Shown: positions 9,812 through 19,679, counted from the stretch's first letter. The stretch: DNA of 36,312 bases from Pseudodesulfovibrio sp. (GCA_022712815.1 JAFLJW010000030.1:1-36312); one strand, 5' to 3'. Made by a program: numbers and translations. The notes: generated from the sequence alone by a model not told the origin.

Positions 9812-11074
9812 CTATCCCTCCCTGAGCACATTGATTTTTGTCAGGAACGTAAATATTACCCAAACCGCAAATATTCCGATAACCAGGAAAAACAACCAAT
9901 TCCCGATGGTCGAAAAGATTTGAGCGGTTTGCGTACTGATCGTGATATATTTCATTTCAGCGAGCTTGCCGGGCATGGCAAAAAGCCTGTTCACGAAACC
10001 GGCCAGGATTGCCAAAGCGTAGAAGCCACGAATATAGATACCGGGTACGAGCTTGGTCACAAGTGCGCCAATCTGAATACCCAGCAATGAACCAAGCAGC
10101 ATGCCCATAGCCAGTGTATAAAAAATAAATCCATAAATGGCATATTGGCTGATTGCTGCAAAACCTGCGGTAAAGATGATCTGGAAAATATCCGTACCAA
10201 CTGTCGTAAAGGAACTGACTCCCAGCACATACACAAACATGGGAAAAGTCAGAAATCCACCGCCAACACCCATGATGGCGGCCATGAAACCAACAATCAG
10301 ACCACAAGCGGCAACAAACCAACCAGAGATTTTCTTACCACCAGGGATCAAATCTTCATCAAAGGAAATCATGGGTGGAATCTTGGCCCTTTGAAGCATG
10401 GCCGGCAATCCCCCGCCCCCACTCTCACCACCGCCATGAGCATCTGCTCCGCCTCCGACCTTTCTAAGGCGCAAGAAATCAACCATGGCGTATGTACCCA
10501 AAAAGCCTAACAGGACAACGTAAATAACAGAAATGAAGGCATCAGAAGCCACAGGGTTGGCCTCGTAGATAAGCCTGTTCAAAACACCGCCTCCCACAAC
10601 ACCGACTCCTGAACCAACAAGAAAAGCAACGGCAAGGGCTGCGGAAACATTACCGAGCTTCTTGTGAACGACCGTCCCCATAATTGCCTTGGCAAAAATA
10701 TGGAACAAATCTGTCCCAACAGCCAAAATGCCTTTTATGCCAGCAGACATAAGGGCCGGAGTGATAATAAAACCACCCCCCGCGCCAATACATCCGGTAA
10801 TAAGGCCGGCACACACTCCTATGGCAATGGAGGCCATAAAGATGCCTGTTGTATAGAATGCCGGAGTGTAGGCGCTTTTACCACCAAGCATGCTCGGCAA
10901 ATCAACATCACCAGCAAAAGCGATGGATACGAACAGGCCTATTGCGGTCATACCGGCAAGAAGCCATACTTTGCGTTTGTCTCTGATTATACTGGTCGAA
11001 ACTTCCAAATCCCACTGGGCATGAGCCCTGGCAGCCTCCTGCATCGATACATATAATTGTCGAACAAAATTCAT
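9812..11074 (-). CDS. TauE/SafE (TSUP) family permease
   Basis: Duplicated GxxxGxGGGF motifs (GCIGAGGGFIITP, AIMGVGGGFLTFP) and VGTD motifs; start moved to ATG 11074 (MNFVRQ) behind a GAGG RBS. Confidence 0.9.
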   Translation of the reverse strand: MNFVRQLYVSMQEAARAHAQWDLEVSTSIIRDKRKVWLLAGMTAIGLFVSIAFAGDVDLPSMLGGKSAYTPAFYTTGIFMASIAIGVCAGLITGCIGAGGGFIITPALMSAGIKGILAVGTDLFHIFAKAIMGTVVHKKLGNVSAALAVAFLVGSGVGVVGGGVLNRLIYEANPVASDAFISVIYVVLLGFLGTYAMVDFLRLRKVGGGADAHGGGESGGGGLPAMLQRAKIPPMISFDEDLIPGGKKISGWFVAACGLIVGFMAAIMGVGGGFLTFPMFVYVLGVSSFTTVGTDIFQIIFTAGFAAISQYAIYGFIFYTLAMGMLLGSLLGIQIGALVTKLVPGIYIRGFYALAILAGFVNRLFAMPGKLAEMKYITISTQTAQIFSTIGNWLFFLVIGIFAVWVIFTFLTKINVLREG

Positions 11075-11096
11075 AATTACATCCTCATTTTTAATA

Positions 11097-11537
11097 TTAA
11101 TAAACAGTTGGCGACTGTTCAATTTTCTGTTTATTCCGTTTCCGAGCCAATATCTTTTCCTCCTGATACGCCTTGCGCATGGAGGCATCTTCCAGTTTGT
11201 AGAGAAGGTCCTTAAAATCTACAGGCTTCATCAAATAATCGAATGCTCCAAGCTCAAGGCCCCTGAGGGCCACTTCCACACGGGCATGACCTGTAAGCAT
11301 CATGACTTCCACGAGAGGCCATTTTTGCTTAATCAGATACAAAGCCGTCAGACCATCCATCCCACCCATTTTGACATCGAGAAGGACCACATCTGCAACA
11401 AATGACTCAAGCTTCTCAAGAGCCTCTTCGCCAGAACCTGCCACCTCCACAATCATACCGCGTTTACTAAGCCGCTTATTTAGAGTGCAGAGAAAGTTCT
11501 GTTCATCATCCACCAGAAGTACTTTTATGGAAATCAT
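11097..11537 (-). CDS. Stand-alone response regulator receiver protein
   Basis: VLLVDDE, LLDVKMGGMDG, MLTGH, YLMKP; start at ATG 11537 behind GAGGAG. Confidence 0.92.
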   Translation of the reverse strand: MISIKVLLVDDEQNFLCTLNKRLSKRGMIVEVAGSGEEALEKLESFVADVVLLDVKMGGMDGLTALYLIKQKWPLVEVMMLTGHARVEVALRGLELGAFDYLMKPVDFKDLLYKLEDASMRKAYQEEKILARKRNKQKIEQSPTVY

Positions 11538-11553
11538 GGAAGTTCTCCTCGCC

Positions 11554-11934
11554 TCATCGGTTAATGGCCTGATGGACAGTATCAATCAGATCTTCCAGCT
11601 CGCAGGGCTTCAAAAGGTAATCAAAAGCTCCATATGCCAACCCTTCTCTGGCTGCTTTCTCCGAACCATGCCCAGTGAGCATGACCACAGACATATCCGG
11701 GACCATTTTCTTGAATATTTGCAGTATCTCAATGCCATCCATGTCCTCCATTTTGAGATCCAGAATAGCGACATCAAAATCGTATGCCCTGAGAGTCTGA
11801 ATAGCCTCGGTACCACTTGTTGCTATGGAGATTTCCATACCGCGCTTCCCAAGTCGTTTTTGCAACACCTCGGCGAAACCGGCCTCGTCGTCCACCAACA
11901 GAACTCGGATGGGGGCAGTATCCATAACAACCAT
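11554..11934 (-). CDS. Stand-alone response regulator receiver protein
   Basis: VLLVDDE, ILDLKMEDMDG, MLTGH, YLLKP; ATG immediately follows the upstream TAG. Confidence 0.92.
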   Translation of the reverse strand: MVVMDTAPIRVLLVDDEAGFAEVLQKRLGKRGMEISIATSGTEAIQTLRAYDFDVAILDLKMEDMDGIEILQIFKKMVPDMSVVMLTGHGSEKAAREGLAYGAFDYLLKPCELEDLIDTVHQAINR

Positions 11935-12366
11935 CTAATCTCCCCGGCGCAACTCAATGTGCCGAGCCCGTGCTTCAATAATCTTGGTTTCATGGGTTTG
12001 TTTTTTGTCATATGCCTCGTCTATCTTTTCCAAAAGCTCTTCTATTACACATGGCTTCAGCATGTAGTCGAACGCCCCGAATTTCATGCCTTCAATGGCA
12101 CTTTCAACCGTGGCATGACCGGTCAGCATGATGACCTCAACCAAAGGATAGGTCGCCTTGATCGCCTTGAGGACATCAATGCCATTCAGGCCCGGCATCT
12201 TGACATCCAGAACAACCACATCAATGGTCTGAGAGCTCTCAAGGATGGCAATCCCTTCCTCGCCGCCGCAAGCAATGTTCACAGTGAGTCCACGCTTAAT
12301 CAAACGTTTGGACATCGTATCCACAAAGCCTTGTTCATCATCGATGAGCAGAATTGTCGCTGGCAT
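11935..12366 (-). CDS. Stand-alone response regulator receiver protein
   Basis: ILLIDDE, VLDVKMPGLNG, MLTGH, YMLKP; RBS AGGAG. Confidence 0.93.
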   Translation of the reverse strand: MPATILLIDDEQGFVDTMSKRLIKRGLTVNIACGGEEGIAILESSQTIDVVVLDVKMPGLNGIDVLKAIKATYPLVEVIMLTGHATVESAIEGMKFGAFDYMLKPCVIEELLEKIDEAYDKKQTHETKIIEARARHIELRRGD

Positions 12367-12389
12367 GGCAAACTCCTTTTGTTATTCGT

Positions 12390-14135
12390 TTAAATACGCA
12401 TATTAGTGGTCAACAACCTGGGTATTGAATCTTTGGATTGAACAACCTCCACTCCACCCGCAGAAGGTAGCTGAAGGATAAAATCCGTCCCTTCGTCCAG
12501 GACGGATTTCACGGTTATTCCTCCCCCCATTTTGTTGACGATTCCATAAATGATGGACAGCCCAAGTCCTGTTCCCTTGCCAACGGGCTTGGTTGTGAAA
12601 AATGGATCAAAAATACGTGACAAATTTGCCTTGGGAATACCGCAACCGGTATCGGCAATTGACACCAGCACAACGCCGTTATCCATCCGGGTAGTGATGT
12701 TCAGTTCCCCACCACCCGGGTCCATGGCGTCAATGGCGTTGTTGATTAAATTGAGAAAGACTTGCTGCAATTCTGAAGGACTGGCGGCCACATCCTGAAT
12801 GCTGTCAGACAGATTTGTCTTGATATGTACATTGGCAAATTTGGCCCGCTGTTCACACAAAAGGACCATCTCCTGAACCAAACCATTCAGAGCAACACGC
12901 TTGATAGTGGGGTCAATCTTGCGTGCAAAACTCAACAGCTTATGGGTAATATCCTTGCAACGCGTTCCCTGGCTTCGTATTTGCGTCAATGCACGTTGAA
13001 TCTCATGTTTGTTGTCAAATTTATCCAATCCCTCGTCGAGCAGATCCTGAATCCACCCGGCCTCTTCCACCATGATGGCCACCGGGTTGTTGATTTCGTG
13101 CGCAATACCTGCGGCCAGTTCGCCAACAGAAGCAAGTTTACCCGCCTCAATGACTTGTTCATTCATCATGTCCTTTTCCAGGTCAGACACTTCAACCTTG
13201 CGAGCCATTCGTCTGGACATGAAAAAGGCCATGAGCGTAATACCAATACCGCCCAAGAGCAGGATTACTGCTGCGAGATTTCTGGCCTGATTAAGATCGG
13301 AAAAAGCATCACTGGTTTCCTGCTGATACACCATGATCCAGTTGCCATTCTTGATAGGACTGGTCATGAAAATCGTCTCTTGCCCAGTAGATGGATTAAT
13401 TTCAGTGACCATGGTGGTCCGTCCCCGCACCAAATCCAAGTGACCATTCTGTCCCTTTATCAAACACTTCAAAAACGGGACTTCGGCTGTCATATCCCTG
13501 CGTGGCGTTGTCTGAAAATCACCCTTTCGATTGATAATGAACGCCATTCCCGTTTCACCGACATGAATATTTTCAACCAACTTGTTAAAAGCGATAAAAT
13601 CCAGTGTGGTTCGCAACACCCACTCCTGCCCGCCAGCTTCAAGCAATACCGCGATGATAAAATGTGGAAATCCACGTAATCCGAGGAAGACATCGCTCAC
13701 ATAAACTTGATGCTTCTTGACCGCCTTGAACCAGTCAGCATCGGCATAATTGGCATCCCGCAGCTTGAAAGGGCCGGAATAGGCAACCTGGACACCCTGA
13801 CTATTCACCAAACCAAGATCTACGAAGTCACTTCCATGGCGACGAACAAGCGAATTGTGCAAAACCTCAAGGTTGGCTTCATCATGAAAACTGGCGACCC
13901 CTCCCATATCTGCAAGCACCAGGATTTCAGCGACTTTTTCATCAAGATAAGAGTCAACATTCTGATCGTGTTTAAGCACCAGTTCGCGCATATGGGCCAC
14001 GACCTTTTCCTTGTATGCGACGCTATACTGATACCCAACGATCAATGTGATCAGGAAAAGCGGAGCAAATGAAACCAGAATGATCGTGAACATCATGGTC
14101 TTGGCCAGCCCTTGATAGTATGAAGGACTAGACAT
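12390..14135 (-). CDS. Membrane sensor histidine kinase with periplasmic Cache-like domain
   Basis: Two TM helices flanking a YADADWF...VSDVF Cache-type region; [34 protein letters not shown]. Confidence 0.93.
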   Translation of the reverse strand: MSSPSYYQGLAKTMMFTIILVSFAPLFLITLIVGYQYSVAYKEKVVAHMRELVLKHDQNVDSYLDEKVAEILVLADMGGVASFHDEANLEVLHNSLVRRHGSDFVDLGLVNSQGVQVAYSGPFKLRDANYADADWFKAVKKHQVYVSDVFLGLRGFPHFIIAVLLEAGGQEWVLRTTLDFIAFNKLVENIHVGETGMAFIINRKGDFQTTPRRDMTAEVPFLKCLIKGQNGHLDLVRGRTTMVTEINPSTGQETIFMTSPIKNGNWIMVYQQETSDAFSDLNQARNLAAVILLLGGIGITLMAFFMSRRMARKVEVSDLEKDMMNEQVIEAGKLASVGELAAGIAHEINNPVAIMVEEAGWIQDLLDEGLDKFDNKHEIQRALTQIRSQGTRCKDITHKLLSFARKIDPTIKRVALNGLVQEMVLLCEQRAKFANVHIKTNLSDSIQDVAASPSELQQVFLNLINNAIDAMDPGGGELNITTRMDNGVVLVSIADTGCGIPKANLSRIFDPFFTTKPVGKGTGLGLSIIYGIVNKMGGGITVKSVLDEGTDFILQLPSAGGVEVVQSKDSIPRLLTTNMRI

Positions 14136-14544
14136 GACTGCCCTCCAAGCCGGTACTTTCCATCAAGTCAGGATAGAGACTTTCAAGCACAAGCGTGACC
14201 ACGCGAGTCAAATCTTCAGGATTGCCACTTTTTTCTACCATGGCCGTAACCTGTTGCAGGGAAGGATCTTCGGACAAATCTTCAAGATAGGTGTGAAGGA
14301 TGATCGGAATATCAGAAAAGCTGGTCACTATTAGTTGCAACAAATCTCTGCCATGACCGTCAGAGGTGTTCACATCAAGGATCACCAGATGGACCTGCTC
14401 CCTGGAATTGAGCTTTGTGACCAACTCGCCTCCAGAAGCCGCACCTTCGACCAGAAAGCTTCGTTTGGAAAATTCCCGGCGCAGAAAATCCCGTATTCTG
14501 GGATTACGTTCTACAATAAGAATTCTGATTTCCGAACTATGCAT
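14128..14544 (-). CDS. Atypical stand-alone receiver-domain protein (first gene of the sigma54 operon)
   Basis: ILIVERN, VILDV, IILHT, VEKS; start ATG 14544 behind GGAGGAG; overlaps the kinase start. Confidence 0.82.
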   Translation of the reverse strand: MHSSEIRILIVERNPRIRDFLRREFSKRSFLVEGAASGGELVTKLNSREQVHLVILDVNTSDGHGRDLLQLIVTSFSDIPIILHTYLEDLSEDPSLQQVTAMVEKSGNPEDLTRVVTLVLESLYPDLMESTGLEGSHV

Positions 14545-14580
14545 TCTCTCCTCCAATTGATTGTATTCGCACCACATAAG

Positions 14581-14595
14581 GCAAGAGCCATGCCA
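14581..14595 (-). promoter_or_regulatory. sigma54 (-24/-12) promoter
   Basis: Minus strand TGGCATGGCTCTTGC matches TGGCAC-N5-TTGC with exact GG-N10-GC spacing, 37 nt before the start codon; AT-rich stretch upstream; adjacent to an NtrC-family gene. Confidence 0.85.
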
Positions 14596-14690
14596 GGGAG
14601 AATCACACACACTAGAAGATACAACATATTAATTTTATTAGATTATTTAGAGGACAATAAAATGCATAATGTTTTTTGAAATCACAGTAC

Positions 14691-14709
14691 TGTCCATTTT
14701 TTTTACGCA
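14691..14709. promoter_or_regulatory. Candidate enhancer (UAS) for the NtrC-family activator
   Basis: TGTCCA-T-run-TACGCA imperfect dyad about 100 bp upstream of the -24 element. Confidence 0.3.
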
Positions 14710-14713
14710 TCAT

Positions 14714-14746
14714 AAAAAAAACCGTCGCCCCAAATAAGGGCAACGG
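14714..14746 (-). terminator. Intrinsic terminator of the kinase/NtrC pair
   Basis: Minus strand CCGTTGCCC-ttatttg-GGGCGACGG followed by T8, about 30 nt after the stop codon. Confidence 0.8.
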
Positions 14747-14775
14747 CTTTTAAGCAATATGAATTTAAAATCTTT

Positions 14776-16194
14776 CTATGTAATGACCGTATGGGTCTTC
14801 AAACCATATTTTTCAATACGCGCAATAAGGGTTGGTCGTGACATGCCAAGCAACCTGGCTGCACGGGTACGATTGCCATCAGTAATTTCCAGAGCCTCGC
14901 CCACCACCAGGCGGCCAGAGTAATCCATAAGCATTTCAAAACAGTTCTCGCCTGCATACTGCGTAAGCACTCGCCGAACCTCTCCTTTATAGGATTGATC
15001 CGTTTTTTCGACAGAAGCCCCCCTGTTAGCAGTGAATCCGACAACCTGTGTCAACTCTTCCCTGGCAATGGGCGCACCTCGGTTGAATATCAAAGCCTTC
15101 TGAAGCGTGTTCATCAGTTCTCGAACATTACCGGGCCAATCGTGAACGGACAAAAAATCTTTGGCATCATCGGCAAGTCCGGGATTTGGCATCTCCATTT
15201 CAGCACTCAAATTAGCCAGAAAATGGTGGGCAAGTTCAAACACGTCATCTTCACGCTCACGCAACAGGGGAAGGCCGATGGTGACAACATTCAATCGATA
15301 ATATAAATCTTCACGAAACAGTCCATCCGCCACGTCCTTTTCAAGATTCCGATTGGTGGCCGCCAAAATACGCACATCCACCCGGATTGCATTGCCGCCA
15401 CCCAGCCGTACAAACTGCTTCTCCTGCAAAAGACGAAGTATCTTTGCTTGAATATTGAGTGGCATATCACCGATTTCATCTAGAAATATAGTCCCCCCAG
15501 CCGCTTGCTCAATACGTCCTGCCCGACTGCGATTGGCCCCAGTGAAAGCCCCCCTTTCATAGCCAAACAATTCCGACTCAAGCAAAGTATCAGGAATTGC
15601 GACACAGTTAATCGGAAGAAAAGGCTTGCCCTGACGTTGACTGTATTTATGAATAGCCTGAGCCACCAACTCTTTGCCAGTCCCGGATTCACCCCTGATA
15701 AGTACTAACGCATCAGTAGCGGCAACACGTCCTATCGATTTGTAAATGTCCTGCATGACCCGACTGCTACCCAAAAGCTGATCTGCTGTAGAGGTAATTA
15801 CTGTCCGGGTTTCACTGTTTTCCTTACTGCATCTGGCTGTTTCGAGTGCCTGCTTAATCAGGACGAGCATTTCTGGAATATCGAAAGGTTTGAGTATGTA
15901 ATCATACGCCCCCATCTTGGTGGCCTCAATAGCAATTTCAGTCGTACCATATGCCGTCATGATGATAACGACCAATCGCTGATCAATACTGCGCATCTGC
16001 TGATACGCTTCAAGGCCTGTCATGCCGGGCATGCGCATATCCATAATGACCAAATCAGGAATGGATTGTTTTACAGCAGCAACACCGGCCTCACCTGAAG
16101 CAACAATGCGCACCTGATGCCCCTCCTGCTTCAGGAGTTTTTCAAAGCTCTGTCGCAATTGAGAATCGTCATCAACAATCAGGATCTCAGCCAT
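14776..16194 (-). CDS. sigma54-dependent response regulator (NtrC/AtoC family: receiver-AAA+-Fis HTH)
   Basis: Receiver (IVDDD, MDMRMP, KP), GESGTGKE, GAFTGA, FLDEIG, FREDLYYRLNV, WPGNVREL, GNRTRAARLLG. Confidence 0.96.
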   Translation of the reverse strand: MAEILIVDDDSQLRQSFEKLLKQEGHQVRIVASGEAGVAAVKQSIPDLVIMDMRMPGMTGLEAYQQMRSIDQRLVVIIMTAYGTTEIAIEATKMGAYDYILKPFDIPEMLVLIKQALETARCSKENSETRTVITSTADQLLGSSRVMQDIYKSIGRVAATDALVLIRGESGTGKELVAQAIHKYSQRQGKPFLPINCVAIPDTLLESELFGYERGAFTGANRSRAGRIEQAAGGTIFLDEIGDMPLNIQAKILRLLQEKQFVRLGGGNAIRVDVRILAATNRNLEKDVADGLFREDLYYRLNVVTIGLPLLREREDDVFELAHHFLANLSAEMEMPNPGLADDAKDFLSVHDWPGNVRELMNTLQKALIFNRGAPIAREELTQVVGFTANRGASVEKTDQSYKGEVRRVLTQYAGENCFEMLMDYSGRLVVGEALEITDGNRTRAARLLGMSRPTLIARIEKYGLKTHTVIT

Positions 16195-17678
16195 GTACCA
16201 GTTTCCTCCAATGGCAAAGCGAGAACAAAAGCAGCTCCCTCCGGCCCTGATGATTTAAGGTGCAACCAACCACCGTGCTCCGTCATGATCCGATTGGCAA
16301 TAGACAGGCCAAGGCCTGTTCCTTCCTCTTTTGTAGAATGAAATGGCTTGAATATTTCATCCTTGAAGGCTGATGGAATTCCAGGACCGTTATCTGCCAC
16401 AGTGATGATTGCCATTTTCCCATGAGGAATAATAGTCACAACATCTTCGGTTATAGAGATCTTGCCTCCGTTGATCATGGACTCACAGGCATTAAGTATG
16501 AGATTCATAAGTGCTTCTTTGAATTGTTCAGGGTCTGCGTTTACAATGGGTAATTTTTTCTTTCGACAGATAGTGACCATTACACAGGACGCTTCCAATC
16601 GGTGTACAAGCAAGGTCAAAGTGCTATCGACCAAATCAGAAGGAGAGACCTGTTGGGGCCTCAATTTGGGAGGACGTGAAAATTCAATGAAATTACGTAT
16701 TATAGTATCCAGATGACGGATTTCTTCAGAGATAACATCAAAATCCTCTTTCTGGATGGCATCGAGGTTAAGACTCCGCTCAAGTGAAAAAAGCCGCATC
16801 TTTACTGATGTTAACGGATTTCTAATGGAGTGAGCGACCCCGGCCGCCAACTTGCCGACTGTTGCCATTTTTTCAGACTGCACGACCTGATCACGACTGT
16901 GCTGAAGCATCTCGTAGGCATGCTCAACTTCGTCCACCAGGATTTGCATACGGTTCGATAAAGCCCCCATCTCCCCTGACAGGTGACTAGGAAGAGCTTC
17001 TTCCTTTTTGGCTAAATGCCGAATGGGATCAAGAATACGCTTTACAAGAATAAGACCTAACCAGATGGCAAACAGAGCTGACACGGGTATTGCTGAAAAT
17101 GAAAGGATTGTCAGCAGTTGAGCCTTTTCCTTATAGGAAACCGCGGTCATGATGATGCGTTGCTGGTACAATGTTTTGTATTGTTCACACAGGTCGTAAA
17201 TGGATTGATACCTCTCACGAATATCCTTGTGGAGCAGGACAGCTTGTTGATTCTGGCCTTTCATATACAAGGCAATGACACCGTTTCGAGAATAAATGTA
17301 CCGCAAATAGCCTGACTCTATGCTATTTAAAATTTCTCGCCCTTCCTCCAGATAATTTGACTGCCTGGCCTGACTGAGCAGAACCTCAAATTGCTTGTGG
17401 TGACTGTTGAGCCGGACCAGCCATGCATCATTATGATCTTGAGAATAGTAGGTTGTCAGACCCTGCTGAGCCATCAGCTCTCTTTCAAGTCCTTGAGCAG
17501 AGAACAAAGCCTGAATATCATGCTCTGCCAAACTCTGAAACATGTCTTGCGTTGTACGCACATACCACAACGTCATCCCCGCTCCTGCCAAGGTGGCCGC
17601 GACAAGCCCTGTCAATAACAACAACAGCTTGGTTCGCAGAGAGGAAAAGGGCGAAATGAAAAGTGTTTTGTCAGACAT
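16179..17678 (-). CDS. Membrane sensor histidine kinase with four-helix-bundle periplasmic domain
   Basis: Two TM helices, helical periplasmic region, AHSIRNPL, NLILNA, DNGPGI, GTGLGL; overlaps the regulator start. Confidence 0.92.
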   Translation of the reverse strand: MSDKTLFISPFSSLRTKLLLLLTGLVAATLAGAGMTLWYVRTTQDMFQSLAEHDIQALFSAQGLERELMAQQGLTTYYSQDHNDAWLVRLNSHHKQFEVLLSQARQSNYLEEGREILNSIESGYLRYIYSRNGVIALYMKGQNQQAVLLHKDIRERYQSIYDLCEQYKTLYQQRIIMTAVSYKEKAQLLTILSFSAIPVSALFAIWLGLILVKRILDPIRHLAKKEEALPSHLSGEMGALSNRMQILVDEVEHAYEMLQHSRDQVVQSEKMATVGKLAAGVAHSIRNPLTSVKMRLFSLERSLNLDAIQKEDFDVISEEIRHLDTIIRNFIEFSRPPKLRPQQVSPSDLVDSTLTLLVHRLEASCVMVTICRKKKLPIVNADPEQFKEALMNLILNACESMINGGKISITEDVVTIIPHGKMAIITVADNGPGIPSAFKDEIFKPFHSTKEEGTGLGLSIANRIMTEHGGWLHLKSSGPEGAAFVLALPLEETGTWLRS

Positions 17679-18116
17679 GGCTTATCAATGTACTTATATT
17701 TATTTTCACATTGATCCCTGAAATCATGTATACTTCGACAATTCGAAAAAGGCATTACGGCCATCTTTACTGTACCGGTTAAACCTTAATTCACACTCTT
17801 TCAAATGAATATGATGTTCTTTTTGATTTTTTGCTGACAAATCAATTGAAACAAAAAAGCCTTTTAGAGGAATGAAACATGAGACACCGTCACGAGTTTA
17901 AGCACGCTTTTTAAAGGGCAAGGCGGAAGGTGAAAATGGATCGCAAGTGCAGCCATTTCTCCTTGTATAATTTGCGTATGTCAATTTTCTGAGTACCGTA
18001 ATTTCAACATATTGGCAGCGATTACGTAATGATTACAAATGAGCACCTCTCTTCTGAGAGTCTATTGACCATGTAACTCAATTGGGATAGTCAAACTACT
18101 GCTGAAAGGATTATCA

Positions 18117-19385
18117 ATGACAAACGACAATTATACTGGCGACACACCCAGAGACCATCCCATTCCGATAAAAGATCTGCAGAGTTTTGTAGATGACTTC
18201 CCGGCCCTGCTCTGGCGCATCGAAATAGCCCGCTCACGCATCGAATTTCTCAACGACTACCCGCTGCATCCGCTGGGCGACAGTGCCCGCCTGTTCCTCA
18301 AAAACCGGGCATTCCGCAAGCAAATGCTGTTGCCGGAGGATGCCCACCTGCTTGATGCCTTTCTTGACGCAGTCAGCGAGGGGCAAACTATGGCCACGGT
18401 CTTCCGGGTATACACGCCCGCCGATTCAATTATGTGGCTCAAGCTCACGGGAGCAGTGAATTCCTCGGACCCGCGCTACTACTACGGTTATCTTCTGGGT
18501 GTTGACGACACCGTGGATGTCATCCGTGAAATCGAGAAAAATGAAGAGTCCTCCCAAGAGCGCATTGACAAAGTCCCGACACCGGTCCTGTTGATAAACC
18601 ATCAATCCTTGCGACTCCGCCAAGCCAATGCTGCAGCCCGCAACCTTTTTGGCCTGCCAAATGCCTCCCATGACCGCCTGACCCGTTTTTCCGAGATATC
18701 GTCAATCTCCAGCGAAAAGCTTGAGACCATTCTCAATGATTTGCCGAGCCACCCCTGGAGTGGAACCCTTGAATTAAACACCACTCAGGGTGAACCCTTC
18801 AAAGCCGAAGCAAAATTCCACTGGGTGCCTTGGAAGCAAACAGCTCTCATCAGAATTTCTGTCATTCCAATCACGGCCAACAAAAAAGACTCTGAAAAAT
18901 TGGCTCAAAAGGCTCAGACCACATTCAGCGATGCCCCCAATCTGACCGCCATGCTGAGCCATGCGTTGGAACACCCGGAAATCAGCAAACGATGCAACGC
19001 CATCATGCTTTCGGATATCCACGCCCGCAACAACATCGTTCAAGTCTTCAGCGCAGGCACACCGCTGGCTGAGATGCCACCGGGCGAAAAATTCTCCTAC
19101 AAGGGAACCATTGCCGAGGATATCGACCGCTTCAATCTCGATTATCTGGTGGTGGACGATACCATGGACAGCATCAAACCCATTGACTGGGCTCTGTTCA
19201 TCCCACGCGGCATCCGTTCCTATTTTGCCAAACCATTTCGTGACAAAAAGGGCTTGCGCACCGTGCTCATTCTCTGTTCCACCGAACCCAAACGATTCGT
19301 GGACATTGAACTCGACACCTTTGATACCGTGCTCTCTCCCCTCAATGAAGCGATCCGCTCATTTCGCAAGAAACGGGACAGATAA
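18117..19385 (+). CDS. PAS-like/GAF sensor protein with no output domain
   Basis: Two PAS-like regions (FPALLWR...; PTPVLLI...ANAAARNLFG) and a C-terminal GAF-like region (LVVDDT...GIRSYFAKPF...VLILCS); RBS AAAGGA. Confidence 0.75.
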   Translation: MTNDNYTGDTPRDHPIPIKDLQSFVDDFPALLWRIEIARSRIEFLNDYPLHPLGDSARLFLKNRAFRKQMLLPEDAHLLDAFLDAVSEGQTMATVFRVYTPADSIMWLKLTGAVNSSDPRYYYGYLLGVDDTVDVIREIEKNEESSQERIDKVPTPVLLINHQSLRLRQANAAARNLFGLPNASHDRLTRFSEISSISSEKLETILNDLPSHPWSGTLELNTTQGEPFKAEAKFHWVPWKQTALIRISVIPITANKKDSEKLAQKAQTTFSDAPNLTAMLSHALEHPEISKRCNAIMLSDIHARNNIVQVFSAGTPLAEMPPGEKFSYKGTIAEDIDRFNLDYLVVDDTMDSIKPIDWALFIPRGIRSYFAKPFRDKKGLRTVLILCSTEPKRFVDIELDTFDTVLSPLNEAIRSFRKKRDR

Positions 19386-19559
19386 ACACACCCCAAGCGA
19401 CCTGATCAGAGGATCGACAAACTCCTCTTCTCCGTCTTTGCCTCCAATACTTGAATCCGAATCACAGAGGGGACAAAACCCTGCCCTCCCCTCCTTCACA
19501 CCACCCATCCCCTAAATTGGCAAATCCGGTCCTGCCTACGTTTTTGTTGTTACTCACTT

Positions 19560-19679
19560 GATTGGTAGCACCAATTCTCTTATTGGTTCAATAATGACGT
19601 AAAATTGGTTCAAAAATATCAATTGTTCAAAAAAAATTTGGCGACACTTCTGACTGTTGGTTAATTGGTAACTCCAATA
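19560..19679. promoter_or_regulatory. Cluster of FadR/LldR-type GntR operator sites
   Basis: GATTGGTAGCACCAATT (19560-19576) and AATTGGTAACTCCAATA (19663-19679), plus ATTGGTTCAA copies at about 19582 and 19604; these match the AATTGGT-N3-ACCAATT FadR-subfamily pattern. Confidence 0.78.

Noticed and set aside
11075-11188. N-terminal extension of the TauE ORF
   Set aside because: Overlaps the upstream receiver gene; a better RBS precedes ATG 11074.
11302-12393. 363-aa + strand ORF spanning three receiver genes
   Set aside because: Antisense shadow of in-phase receiver genes.
18021-18093. Short palindrome ATTACGTAAT and TTGACC -35-like element upstream of the PAS/GAF gene
   Set aside because: Too short or weak to distinguish from chance in AT-rich intergenic DNA.
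18961-19515. 184-aa alternative-frame ORF overlapping the GAF gene end
   Set aside because: Mostly overlaps a better-supported CDS, low-complexity composition, no RBS.
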